Source of the DNA: Sedimentisphaeraceae bacterium JB056
GTDB taxonomy: Bacteria > Planctomycetota > Phycisphaerae > Sedimentisphaerales > Sedimentisphaeraceae
Assembly: GCA_044440125.1 (NCBI GenBank)
Contig: JBITAJ010000018.1
Span: 32,001-96,000 of the forward strand
DNA length: 64,000 nucleotides
Direction of reading: 5' to 3'
In this document: positions 1 through 9,209 of the stretch, piece by piece
How positions within the stretch are numbered: the first letter of the stretch is position 1
How the letters are laid out: each line of letters opens with the position of its first letter
Made by a program: the position numbers and the translations under genes
Notes under the pieces: model-generated
Seen by the model: the letters and a program-made list of their open reading frames with translations, nothing else
Told to the model about the DNA's origin: nothing
The model's database searches: none

Positions 1-682
1 TTTCAAGGTCGTTACCGTCACCGTCAACTACCTGTACATCCCAGCCGTAAGCTTCAAATCTCTTGGCTACATCTTCTGTGAACGACAATGTTGTATCGCC
101 GTCGATTGTGATGTGGTTGTCATCATAGATTGCGATGATGTTGTCAAGGCCGAGGTGGCCGGCGAGTGAACATGCTTCTGATGAAACACCTTCCTGAAGA
201 CAGCCGTCACCTGCGATTGTGAAGATATTGTAATCGAAGAGGTTGAAATTGTCGCGGTTGTAGTATTCAGCCAGATATTTCTGAGCGATAGCCATACCTA
301 CGACATTTGATATACCCTGACCAAGCGGGCCTGTTGTTACTTCGACACCTTCTGTGTGGCCGTACTCAGGGTGACCCGGTGTGAGACTTCCCCACTGACG
401 GAACTGCTTAAGTTCATCGAGCGGAAGGTTGTAGCCTGTAAGGTGAAGCATTGAGTAGAGCAGCATTGAGCCGTGTCCTGCTGAAAGGACGAAGCGATCT
501 CTGTTGAGCCATTTAGGGGCCTTAGGGTTGTGAGTCATGTGTTGGGTCCAGATAGCGTAGGCCACTGAAGCCATACCCATAGGCATACCGGGGTGGCCGC
601 TCTTGGCTGCCTGAACACCGTCCATGCTCAGAAAGCGGATGGTTTCGATACACTTTTTAGCCAGTGCATTATCAGCTGTCAT
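1..682 (-). CDS. tkt: Transketolase, 5' part (runs off window start)
   Basis: Not in ORF track. Manual translation from ATG at 682 gives [36 protein letters not shown]...[14 protein letters not shown]...GHPE...TTGPLGQG...[16 protein letters not shown] at 691-695. Confidence 0.97.
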   Translation of the reverse strand, partial: MTADNALAKKCIETIRFLSMDGVQAAKSGHPGMPMGMASVAYAIWTQHMTHNPKAPKWLNRDRFVLSAGHGSMLLYSMLHLTGYNLPLDELKQFRQWGSLTPGHPEYGHTEGVEVTTGPLGQGISNVVGMAIAQKYLAEYYNRDNFNLFDYNIFTIAGDGCLQEGVSSEACSLAGHLGLDNIIAIYDDNHITIDGDTTLSFTEDVAKRFEAYGWDVQVVDGDGNDLE

Positions 683-936
683 TATTTATACTCCTGTTTA
701 GAATATCATTAAATCTGTTTATGTTTTACAATACTAACCCATTTATATGAACATATAGAAATGGTCGCCTGATAGGATACTTAAATCGGTGCTTATTGCA
801 AGAAATTAGTCATTTTTAGGTTTGTTTTTGTGTATAGTGTCGTTAAATGATATTGCTTTGAACTTAAACGTACAGGATTAAACTTTATGTGAGCTTTTTG
901 TTGAATAGTTTTGATACATGTGTTAGAATTCAAAAC

Positions 937-954
937 AAAATAGACAGTTGGATT
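937..954. promoter_or_regulatory. Candidate TetR-type operator (degenerate copy)
   Basis: AAAATAGACAGTTGGATT, 13/18 match to the palindrome at 2289, just upstream of the gene start. Confidence 0.35.
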
Positions 955-968
955 TTGTTCGAGATGAT

Positions 969-1913
969 ATGAGTGAAATAATAAAAATAGGCTGCGTTGA
1001 CATTGATACATCCCATCCCCTTGTTTTTGCCAAGAGGTTGGCAGAATTGGGCAGGGGTAAATATGTCGGCGTGTTTAATGATGGTTTTCGCGGTGATGAT
1101 GAGGTTGACTCCTTTGTCAAAGCCTTTGGTATTGAGAAAAAGTGCGGCAGCATTGAAGAACTGGCCTCAATATGTGATATTGGATTTGTGCATAGCTGCA
1201 ATTGGGATAAACATTTGAATAAGGCTGTGCCTTTCATTGAAGCAGGCGTTCCCGTGTTTGTTGATAAACCGATAGTCGGCAGTTTTGAAGATTGCCGCAG
1301 ATTGAAGGGCCTTGTCGCTTCAGGTGCAGTGATACTTGGAAGTTCCAGTATGCGATATGCCAGCGAAGTGCAGAAGTTTAATTCTATGCCTGCCGATGAG
1401 AAGGGTGATATTCTGCATATTTATGGGACGGTGGGAGTTGATGAGTTTAATTATGCTATTCATATTGTAGAGGCCATTTGCCAGATAGCAGGCGGCGGGT
1501 CTGTTTGGGGTAAATTCAATAACAGTCAAAAGCAGGGGGGCGTTGAAGCTTCGAATTATTCGCTTGGTTTTGATAATGGTGTTACTGCTTCATATACTGT
1601 TACCAGCGGCGTTTGGCAGCCTTGTGTTGTTGTGGTGATGACAACTAAAGGCGTGTTTCATTTTGAGATAGACAGTTCAAAAGTCTATGATTCGCTTTTG
1701 ACCAATATATACGATCATATCCAGAAGGGCACCTCGGACATCGTTTCTGTCGATAAGCTGCTTGAGAGCATTGAGGTTATGCTTGCATGCAGGCAGTCTT
1801 TGCTTACTGACGGCAAGCGTGTTGAAACGGAGCATCTTGATGAAGATATCAGTTATGATGGAGATGCTTTCGAACAGCAATACGCATCAAATGCCGCTAA
1901 AATTTACATTTGA
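969..1913 (+). CDS. Gfo/Idh/MocA family oxidoreductase (divergent)
   Basis: N-terminal Rossmann-like KIGCVDIDTSH and VFVDKP motif. Start moved from TTG 948 to ATG 969. Confidence 0.8.
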   Translation: MSEIIKIGCVDIDTSHPLVFAKRLAELGRGKYVGVFNDGFRGDDEVDSFVKAFGIEKKCGSIEELASICDIGFVHSCNWDKHLNKAVPFIEAGVPVFVDKPIVGSFEDCRRLKGLVASGAVILGSSSMRYASEVQKFNSMPADEKGDILHIYGTVGVDEFNYAIHIVEAICQIAGGGSVWGKFNNSQKQGGVEASNYSLGFDNGVTASYTVTSGVWQPCVVVVMTTKGVFHFEIDSSKVYDSLLTNIYDHIQKGTSDIVSVDKLLESIEVMLACRQSLLTDGKRVETEHLDEDISYDGDAFEQQYASNAAKIYI

Positions 1914-1925
1914 CGATAGGTTGGA

Positions 1926-1953
1926 AATTACAAATTAGAAATTAAGAATTAGG
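1926..1953. repeat. Heptamer tandem repeat (4 units)
   Basis: aattaca aattaga aattaag aattagg. Confidence 0.7.
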
Positions 1954-2021
1954 AATGTTGGTGTTTGCTGACGCTTACGATTTTTATGGGCTCTCGTCAT
2001 TTGATAGAGGTGACTGCCCCG

Positions 2022-2167
2022 TGGAGTGCGGGTGAAAGCAAAGCGCAAAACCGCTTTGGAATAAAACCCGTCGATATTACTAAACCTAACAATCTCACTC
2101 TTACACCAACCGGCAGGGAGCTTCCAAAGCTTAATTGCCTCCCAATGGTCGTTAATTAAGCACTCCA
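2022..2167. repeat. Inverted pair of REP-like palindromes (REPIN/MITE-like)
   Basis: 2022-2060 TGGAGTGC-GG..CC-GCTTTGGA. 2123-2167 reverse complement TGGAGTGC-TTAATT..AATTAA-GCTTTGGA. Confidence 0.65.
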
Positions 2168-2288
2168 AAGGCTTACGCCAATTGTTAATTAACTGATTTT
2201 TATTGAAATTTTTGCTTGCTGTAATAATTAGAAGTACTTGATTTACAAATAGTTAATTTATTGTATGTTCTTTTTTTACTCTAAAAAG

Positions 2289-2327
2289 AAAACAAACGGT
2301 TGTTTTTTTTATTTAGTGTGCTATACT
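2289..2327 (+). promoter_or_regulatory. Sigma70-like promoter with overlapping palindromic operator
   Basis: Near-perfect 18-bp palindrome AAAACAAACGGTTGTTTT (2289-2306) overlaps TTGTTT (-35, 2300-2305). TGcTATACT extended -10 at 2319-2327. Confidence 0.55.
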
Positions 2328-2385
2328 CTTATTTAATAATTTGGTATTTAATTTTGAATCAGGAATGTATGAATATGAGGTTTTT

Positions 2386-3180
2386 ATGCGTATAGCACGA
2401 ATTTTAGAGAAATCTGGCGAAGTTATGTATGCCGCGGCTCAGTCTGACGGCAGGCTTTTAAGAATAAATGGCAATATTTTCGGGCAGTATTCTGTAGATG
2501 AAAATTGTGAAGTTGAGGCGAGCCAGTGGCTTTCACCAGTTCAGCCTTTGACTTATCTTTGTGTAGCGGCCAATTATAAGCTGCATATTGAGGAATGTGA
2601 CGTTGAAGAGCCGCCGCTGCCTAAAATTTTCATGAAAAACAGTGGTTGCGTAGCCGGGCACAAACAGCCGATACGAATTCCTTCGATTTGCGATGATGAA
2701 GTTGATTTTGAGGGTGAGCTTGCTGCAGTGATCGGAAAGAGCTGTTGTAATGTGAGTCCTGAGGAAGCTTATGGCTATATACTTGGATACACTGCTTCAA
2801 ATGATGTTTCTGCGAGAATATGGCAACTTGAGAAGGGTGATGGACAATGGTGCAGGGGCAAGAGTTTTGATACATTTGGTCCTTTAGGTCCGGTTCTTGT
2901 TACGCCTGACGAAATAGAAAATCCGGATGATCTTGCGATAAAGACAATCCTGAATGGCGAGGTTGTTCAGGAAAGCAGGACATCTTATATGATAAGAACA
3001 ATCGGTGAGCTTATTAGTTTCCTGTCACAGGATACAACTCTTCTGCCGGGTACTGTTGTACTAACCGGTACACCTGAAGGAGTGGGCTGGGCACGTGAGC
3101 CTAAGTTACTGTTGAAAAAAGGCGATACTGTTTCGGTTGAGATAGAAAATGTCGGTGTTCTTGAGAATCCGGTGGAGTGA
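2386..3180 (+). CDS. Fumarylacetoacetate hydrolase (FAH) family protein
   Basis: ANY..H, DFEGELAAVIG, NDVSAR..Q, GKSFDTFGPLGP and TGTPEGVG motifs. GAGG RBS before ATG 2386. Confidence 0.95.
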   Translation: MRIARILEKSGEVMYAAAQSDGRLLRINGNIFGQYSVDENCEVEASQWLSPVQPLTYLCVAANYKLHIEECDVEEPPLPKIFMKNSGCVAGHKQPIRIPSICDDEVDFEGELAAVIGKSCCNVSPEEAYGYILGYTASNDVSARIWQLEKGDGQWCRGKSFDTFGPLGPVLVTPDEIENPDDLAIKTILNGEVVQESRTSYMIRTIGELISFLSQDTTLLPGTVVLTGTPEGVGWAREPKLLLKKGDTVSVEIENVGVLENPVE

Positions 3181-3221
3181 TTTGTAAAGAAGTTAGAATG
3201 CTAATGGCTTTGCCGCATTTC

Positions 3222-3256
3222 TTCTAACTCCTATCTTCTAACTTCAATATTCTATA
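3222..3256. repeat. Heptamer tandem repeat (5 units)
   Basis: ttctaac tcctatc ttctaac ttcaata ttctata. GAAGTTAGAA at 3189-3198 is its inverted complement. Confidence 0.6.
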
Positions 3257-3296
3257 ATCTTGGCTTGTTGTCAAAGGTTTGAGTTAGGTGGTTTAT

Positions 3297-4400
3297 ATGA
3301 CTGATAAAAAATTCAAGGTTGCGATAATAGGCTTGCAGCATCTGCATCCGGAAAATTATATGCCTCATTTTGTGAGGTGCGAGAATACGGAAGTAGTTGC
3401 CGTCTGTGAGCAGAATAAGAATTTGCTGATTCCATTCAGTGAAAGACACGGTGTTGCTGCTTATACAGATATTGACACGCTTCTTGATGAATCCAGACCT
3501 GATATCGCGGCAATATTCCTGCCGCACATAGACTGCGAAGAAGCGGCAATAAAATGCGCTCAAAAAGGCGTACATCTAATGGTTGAAAAGCCAATCGCTC
3601 AAACTCCCGCACAAGTAAGGAATATTGCTAAAGCGGTAGAAGCGGCGGGTGTTTCAATAACAACAGGCTATTGCTGGCGATATCATCCTGTGGTTAAGGC
3701 TATAAAAAAGCTCATATCTCAGGGTGCGATTGGGCAGGTAGTTTCTGTTGAGGCAAGACTTGCGGCAGGAAAGGTTGACAGGTACATAAACGGAAACGCT
3801 GAATGGATGCTCCAAAAGGATATTTCAGGCGGCGGGCCTCTTTATAATCTTGGAGTACATTGGCTCGATCTGCTTAATTTTGTTCTTGAGGATAAGGTGA
3901 CTGATGTTTGTGCAGTTAACATGAATGTCTGTGATAAATATGATATAGAGGATGGCACTGTTGCTATGTTGAAATTTGCAAAAGGCGTGGTAGGTATTCT
4001 TGATACCAGCTACATAGTACCCGATTGCTATCCTAACGGACGAGACCTCTACATTGGCATCAAAGGTACCAATGGTGTATTGAGTTATGCCCCGGGCTAC
4101 GAAGGCGAAGCCGGTAGCGGCGGGGCTGCTCAAAATGATGTTCTCGAAATATACAGCGACAGCGAAAAATTAGCAGGTTCTGCTGCTCGTAAGATGTCGT
4201 TCCAGCTTGATAGAACGCCGGGTTATTCCGGCTACATGGGCAGGGCTTATATAGAGGAATTTGTTGATTCATTGATAAAGGCTCAGAAGCCTTTCATAAC
4301 TATTGAGCAGGCAGCCGATGTGCTTGATGTAGTTGAGGCGATTTATAAATCTGATTCGCAGGGCGGCTGGGTAAAGGTCTTGAAGATAATTAATAATTAA
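3297..4400 (+). CDS. Gfo/Idh/MocA family oxidoreductase
   Basis: KVAIIG, HLMVEKPIA, TGYCWRY and GGGPLYNLGVHWLD motifs. Confidence 0.93.
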   Translation: MTDKKFKVAIIGLQHLHPENYMPHFVRCENTEVVAVCEQNKNLLIPFSERHGVAAYTDIDTLLDESRPDIAAIFLPHIDCEEAAIKCAQKGVHLMVEKPIAQTPAQVRNIAKAVEAAGVSITTGYCWRYHPVVKAIKKLISQGAIGQVVSVEARLAAGKVDRYINGNAEWMLQKDISGGGPLYNLGVHWLDLLNFVLEDKVTDVCAVNMNVCDKYDIEDGTVAMLKFAKGVVGILDTSYIVPDCYPNGRDLYIGIKGTNGVLSYAPGYEGEAGSGGAAQNDVLEIYSDSEKLAGSAARKMSFQLDRTPGYSGYMGRAYIEEFVDSLIKAQKPFITIEQAADVLDVVEAIYKSDSQGGWVKVLKIINN

Positions 4401-4411
4401 CAATTAAGAAT

Positions 4412-4439
4412 TGCCCGCTCCCTGACGGTCACGGTACTG
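4412..4439 (-). repeat. REP-like palindrome copy 1, preceded by heptamers at 4388-4408
   Basis: Reverse complement CAGTACCGTGACCGTCAGGGAGCGGGCA is 26/28 identical to 8048-8075. Confidence 0.8.
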
Positions 4440-4489
4440 ATTTTCTGGTTTGGGCAAAGTTTGCGATAAAAGAAATACAGGTGAACAAT

Positions 4490-5488
4490 ATGAGTAAGAA
4501 ATTTAAAGCAGTCGTAACTGATTACATTGAAGACGACTTGAACTGGGAAGCGGATAAGCTGACAAAAATGGGTGTTGATTTTGAGTGTTACCAGCTCAAA
4601 TTCTGTCCTGCAGAAGAGGTTTTGGAAAAAATATCTGATGCCGATGTGATCGTTGTCAATATGGTGAAGCTTGATGAAGCAATTATCTCCAAGCTGACAA
4701 ACTGCAAGCTGATAATCCGTCATGGAATTGGCTACGATAATGTTGATGTTGAGGCTTGTACAAAGTATGGTATTCAGTTTGCGTATCAGCCTGACTATTG
4801 CAAGATAGATGTTGCAGAACATGCTATATCACTGATGTTTGCGTGCGGCAGAAAAGTGCTGTGGAGCAGGAAAACGCTTGAAGAATCGAGTGCAAGAGGA
4901 CAATGGGACTTTTCTGGGCTTTTCCCTATATACCGTATGGAAGGCAAGACACTTGGTATTCTTGGTCTCGGCAGAATCGGAAGCCGTGTGCTTAGCAAGC
5001 TCAGTTCTTTTGGCTTCAGGATAATAGGTAACGATCCATATCTCAGTGACAAGAGAAAAGCTGCTCTTAAAGGTGTTGAGTGGGTTGATAAGGATACGAT
5101 ATTCAAAGAATCAGATTTTCTTACTATTCATACGCCGCTTAAAGAAGATACTCATCATATCGTAAATTCGCAGACGCTTTCGCTGATGAAAAAGACGGCG
5201 TATGTAATCAATACTTCAAGAGGCGGAATGGTTAACCTTGACGCTTTGATTGAAGCTCTCAAGGACGGAGTTATAGCGGGAGCGGCGCTGGATGTTTATG
5301 ATGTCGAGCCTCCCGCGGCCGATCACGAAATGTTTAATATCGAAAACTTAATCCTTACTCCGCATATCGGCTGGGCATCAGAAGAGGCCGGCTGGGAGAT
5401 AAGGGAAAGTATCTTGAACGATATTGTCAGTGCGTATGAAGGCAAAGATGCGCGTTGTGTTATTAATGAAATTAAAATGCAAGGGTGA
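4490..5488 (+). CDS. D-2-hydroxyacid dehydrogenase family (CtBP/SerA-like)
   Basis: GIGYDNVD, VAEHA, GLGRIG, INTSRGG, LDVYDVEP and LTPHIG motifs. Confidence 0.94.
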   Translation: MSKKFKAVVTDYIEDDLNWEADKLTKMGVDFECYQLKFCPAEEVLEKISDADVIVVNMVKLDEAIISKLTNCKLIIRHGIGYDNVDVEACTKYGIQFAYQPDYCKIDVAEHAISLMFACGRKVLWSRKTLEESSARGQWDFSGLFPIYRMEGKTLGILGLGRIGSRVLSKLSSFGFRIIGNDPYLSDKRKAALKGVEWVDKDTIFKESDFLTIHTPLKEDTHHIVNSQTLSLMKKTAYVINTSRGGMVNLDALIEALKDGVIAGAALDVYDVEPPAADHEMFNIENLILTPHIGWASEEAGWEIRESILNDIVSAYEGKDARCVINEIKMQG

Positions 5489-5495
5489 TTATATT

Positions 5496-6818
5496 ATGGC
5501 AATAGTAAATATTAATGGAACAGTGCCTGGAGAAAAAGGCAAGGCTATACTTGAAAAATGGCATAAGTTTGAAGCTGATGTTGTTGGATATCAGGCACCT
5601 GTTGCATGGAAGAAAGCAAAAGGATGTGTTGTTACAGACGTTGATGGAAACACATATCTTGACTGGACAAGCGGTGTGCTTGTAACAAATGTAGGGCATT
5701 GTCATCAGCATCTTGTTAATGCTACGAAAAAAGCAAGTGACGATCTGCTCAACAATTATGAATGCTGCAATACATACAGAGTTGAGGCTGCGGAAAAACT
5801 TGTCAATGCCTTGCCTGAGCATCTTGATAAATGTTTCTTCTTGTCATCCGGTTCAGAGGCTATAGAAGCATCGCTTCGTTTGATGAAAAGATATACCGGC
5901 AATTTTGAGGTGATAAGTTTCGAAGGCGGTTTTCACGGCAGAACTCCTGGGGCTGCTTCAGTTGGCGGTCTTGCAGGTCCTAAGAAAAAATACGGGCCGA
6001 CTATACCAGGTACGATAAGAGCCCCATATCCTAACCCTTACAGGGATCCGCTTGGTTTCTGTGATGATGGGCCTGAATTTAAAAAGTATTTTGATTTTCT
6101 TGAATATACAGTTGCAACAAACTCAACCGGTTCGCTGGCCGGGGTTATAGTAGAGCCGTATCAAGGAGCCGGTGGGTTTGTCTTTCCTCCTAAGGGTTGG
6201 CTTAAAAAGCTTAGGCAGTGGGCAAGCGACAAAGGATTGCTCTTCACTCTTGACGAGGTTCAGGCATCTTATGGCCGTACAGGCAAAATGTGGGCAATGG
6301 AACACGAAGACCTTAAACCGGATATTCTTGCTCTCGGAAAAGGTATCGGCAGCGGAGTTTCTGTTTCTGCGGTTTGTTCAAGAAGCGAGATATTTGGCTG
6401 TCTTGCCAAGGGTGAGATGAGCAGTACTTATGGTGGCAATCCTGTTTCAAGTGCGGCTGTAACGGCTGTTCTTGAGATATTTGAGAATGAAGGTTTAGTT
6501 GAAAACTCAGCCGAAATGGGGCAGTATATAAAATCAAAGCTTCTTGAAATGGCTGATAAGTGCCCATATCTTGGAGATGTTCGCGGTATGGGTCTTGTGA
6601 TGGGGCTTGAATTTGTAAAAGATAAAGTTTCTAAAGAACCGGCTCCTGAACTCATAAAGCCAATCATAAATAAGAGCGCACAGAAAGGATTGCTTGTCGG
6701 TTCAGTTGGTATGTACGGTAATGTCATACGTGTTGCTCCGCCGCTGGTGATCACGAAAGAAGAAGCCGATGAGTCTTTGGCGATAATGGAAAGTGTACTC
6801 TCTGAGCTGGAGCTTTGA
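5496..6818 (+). CDS. Class III PLP-dependent aminotransferase (GabT-like)
   Basis: SGSEAIE, GFHGRT, EPYQG, DEVQASYGRTG, PLP lysine in LGKGIG, STYGGNP. Start moved to ATG 5496. Confidence 0.95.
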   Translation: MAIVNINGTVPGEKGKAILEKWHKFEADVVGYQAPVAWKKAKGCVVTDVDGNTYLDWTSGVLVTNVGHCHQHLVNATKKASDDLLNNYECCNTYRVEAAEKLVNALPEHLDKCFFLSSGSEAIEASLRLMKRYTGNFEVISFEGGFHGRTPGAASVGGLAGPKKKYGPTIPGTIRAPYPNPYRDPLGFCDDGPEFKKYFDFLEYTVATNSTGSLAGVIVEPYQGAGGFVFPPKGWLKKLRQWASDKGLLFTLDEVQASYGRTGKMWAMEHEDLKPDILALGKGIGSGVSVSAVCSRSEIFGCLAKGEMSSTYGGNPVSSAAVTAVLEIFENEGLVENSAEMGQYIKSKLLEMADKCPYLGDVRGMGLVMGLEFVKDKVSKEPAPELIKPIINKSAQKGLLVGSVGMYGNVIRVAPPLVITKEEADESLAIMESVLSELEL

Positions 6819-8020
6819 TGATGACTGATATTGAAAAAGACATAGCACGTTTTGCTACTGAACTTGTGCGTATGCCCTCAACTCCCGGACAGGAGCAGGC
6901 TGCGATGGATTATGCGTTTGAGCGGTTCTCTTCTATGGATGTTGAAGTGGAGAAAATACCTCTCAGCAATGCTATTAAAGATGATCCTGATTACAGTTCT
7001 CCTATAAAGGGAATTGAGTATGACGGCAGGTATAATATCAGGGTGTCAAAAAAAGGCAGCAAAAACGGTACAAAGAAACTTTTCAATGCTCACATGGATG
7101 TCGTTCCACCTTCTGAAGGTATGGTTGATCCATGGTCAGGGAAAGTTGAGGACGGTGTTCTTTATGGACGTGGTGCTTGTGATGATAAGGGGTCGGTTGC
7201 TGCTATCTATGGTATGATGCGTGAACTTGAGGCTGGCGGATTTGATTTTCCCGGTGAGATTGTAGCTCATATTGTAGTAGAAGAAGAGAATGGCGGCAAT
7301 GGTAGTCTTGCGATGGCCAGATATGGCGAAAAAGCTGATTGCTGCGTTGTTCTTGAACCGACTGATTATAGGCTTTTAACGTCTGTTCGCGGAGCTGTCT
7401 GGTTTAAGATAGACTTTACCGGCAAGGCAGGTCACAGTGGTCAGGCTGGTAAAACTAAGAGTGCTCTGCTTATGGCGGTTGAGGCTATAGATGCTTTGAT
7501 AAAATATCATGCTGACCTGCTTGCGTCTTCAAAAGGAATCGAGCTGTTTGATAAGTATGAAAATCCTATGCCTATAACATTTGGTAAATTGCAGGCCGGT
7601 AACTGGCCTGCCGCAGCGCCTGATAAAGCGACAGTTGAAGGAGTACTTGGATTCCTGCCGAACAAAGCAAAAGAGGATATATGCAAAGAAATGAAAGAAA
7701 CCTTGCTTGGCTGCTCAATGCTTGATGAAGATAATTTCAAGCTCAGTTTTACATATCGCCACGATTGCAGTGTAGCTGATACTGAAAGTGAGTTTATCGC
7801 TTCGATTATTTCTTCAAGCAGCGAAGAGGGTTTACCAATCGAGATAGATGCTATGCCTGCAAGTTGCGATGCATGGTTCTATAATAATCAGCTTGATATA
7901 CCTACTGTAGTTTACGGTCCGGGAACGCTTAGTGTTGCACATTCAAAAGATGAACAGATAAAACTGGATGAAATATGCGATGCTGCGAAAGTGCTTAGTC
8001 GATTTGTGAAGAGCTATTAG
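6818..8020 (+). CDS. M20 family ArgE/DapE-like deacylase
   Basis: NAHMDVV, GRGACDDKG, VEEE, GH, YGPG..AH..DE motifs. TGATG overlap with the upstream gene. Confidence 0.93.
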   Translation: MMTDIEKDIARFATELVRMPSTPGQEQAAMDYAFERFSSMDVEVEKIPLSNAIKDDPDYSSPIKGIEYDGRYNIRVSKKGSKNGTKKLFNAHMDVVPPSEGMVDPWSGKVEDGVLYGRGACDDKGSVAAIYGMMRELEAGGFDFPGEIVAHIVVEEENGGNGSLAMARYGEKADCCVVLEPTDYRLLTSVRGAVWFKIDFTGKAGHSGQAGKTKSALLMAVEAIDALIKYHADLLASSKGIELFDKYENPMPITFGKLQAGNWPAAAPDKATVEGVLGFLPNKAKEDICKEMKETLLGCSMLDEDNFKLSFTYRHDCSVADTESEFIASIISSSSEEGLPIEIDAMPASCDAWFYNNQLDIPTVVYGPGTLSVAHSKDEQIKLDEICDAAKVLSRFVKSY

Positions 8021-8075
8021 CAATTAGCGATAAGCAATAAGCTGTAACAGTACCGCGACCGTGAGGGAGCGGGCA
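8012..8075 (+). repeat. Heptamer array (5 units) plus REP-like palindrome copy 2
   Basis: agctatt agcaatt agcgata agcaata agctgta (8012-8046), then CAGTACCGCGACCGTGAGGGAGCGGGCA (8048-8075). Confidence 0.8.
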
Positions 8076-8105
8076 GTATGCAAAAAAAAACGAAAGATCA
8101 AAAAA

Positions 8106-9143
8106 ATGAAAGCGTTAGTTAAAACACAAAAAGGTAAAGGCTTTATTGAGCTTAAAGATGTTGATGCTCCTGCTTCACCTGCCGAAGGTGAAGTTCTGAT
8201 AAAGATAAAAGCGTGTGGTATCTGCGGCACTGATATACATGTAAAGCACGACAATTTTCCGTACTGGCCTCCTGTTATACTTGGTCATGAGTTTGTCGGT
8301 GTTGTGGAGAAGGTAGGCGAGAACTGCACAATGCTTGCCAAAGGTGACCGCGTGGTTGCTGAGCCTCATACAAAAGCTTGCGGTAAGTGTTATCTTTGCC
8401 GTACAGGTAATATTCAAATTTGTCCTGAAAAGCGGTCTCCAGGTTGGGGAATTGATGGCGGCATGACTGAATATATCTGTTATCCGGAAAAGCTTCTTCA
8501 CAAGATACCCGAAAGTATGACTTGGGATCAGGCGGTAATGGCTGAACCTACAGCTAATGTTGTGACAGACCTTCTTGAGAGAACGAAGGTTGATCCGGGT
8601 GATTTCGTTGTTGTCATGGGGCCTGGACCTATAGGCCTTCTGGCGGCAATGGCGGCAAGAACTGCCGGTGCCTGCGATGTTGTTATTGTCGGTACTCCCG
8701 GTGATGAAGGGCTTCGTTTTGATAAGGCCCGTGAACTTGGTTTCGATAAGCTTATTAATGTAGCGAAAGAAAATCCCGCCGAGGTTGTTATGGAAATGAC
8801 TGGCGGCATAGGTGCTGATATTGTGGTAGAGTGCAGTGGCGCGCCGGCGGCGATAAACAGCTGTCCTGATATGCTTCGCAAGATGGGTAAAGTTTGTGTA
8901 ATAGGGTTGACAGGCGGAAAGAAAGTAGAACTTGAATGGGATAAATTTGCTTTCAAGGTTGCCAATGTTATTTTCAATCTTTCAACATTCTATACATCTT
9001 GGGAAAAAACTATAAAACTGATAGCTTCCGGCCGTATAGAGGCTGAAAAACTTGTAACTCATAAAATGCCTTTGGCTGATTGGGAAGAGGCTTTTGAAGC
9101 CGTTGAGAACCTTGAAGCATTGAAGGCAGTCCTGATTCCGTAG
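8106..9143 (+). CDS. Zn-dependent medium-chain alcohol/polyol dehydrogenase
   Basis: CGICGTD, GHE, CGKCYLC..C structural Zn site and GPGPIG. ORF-track start 8061 lies inside the REP, so ATG 8106 was used. Confidence 0.95.
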   Translation: MKALVKTQKGKGFIELKDVDAPASPAEGEVLIKIKACGICGTDIHVKHDNFPYWPPVILGHEFVGVVEKVGENCTMLAKGDRVVAEPHTKACGKCYLCRTGNIQICPEKRSPGWGIDGGMTEYICYPEKLLHKIPESMTWDQAVMAEPTANVVTDLLERTKVDPGDFVVVMGPGPIGLLAAMAARTAGACDVVIVGTPGDEGLRFDKARELGFDKLINVAKENPAEVVMEMTGGIGADIVVECSGAPAAINSCPDMLRKMGKVCVIGLTGGKKVELEWDKFAFKVANVIFNLSTFYTSWEKTIKLIASGRIEAEKLVTHKMPLADWEEAFEAVENLEALKAVLIP

Positions 9144-9166
9144 GGGCGTCTCGTTGACGCTCCTAT
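9140..9166 (+). repeat. Hairpin overlapping the stop codon (GTAG-type REP-like or mRNA-stabilising)
   Basis: GTAGGGGCGTC-TCGTT-GACGCTCCTAT. Confidence 0.5.
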
Positions 9167-9209
9167 ATTCATTAATAATTTTGAATATAGTATTGAATAG
9201 AAATTCAGT

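Noticed and set aside
1..700. Higher GC of tkt versus the rest as an island boundary
   Set aside because: Judged by eye only and explainable by codon bias of a highly expressed gene. No integrase, tRNA or att repeat was seen.
1935..2168. Short ORFs 1935-2168 (-) and 1965-2159 (+) in the intergenic gap
   Set aside because: They run across the palindromic element and heptamer array, with no RBS or protein motif.
5496..8020. argD/argE arginine biosynthesis assignment
   Set aside because: The match is family-level only. The catabolic context and absence of other arg genes argue against assigning symbols.
1926..8075. Repeats as a CRISPR array
   Set aside because: No regularly spaced 23-47 bp repeats with unique spacers and no cas genes.
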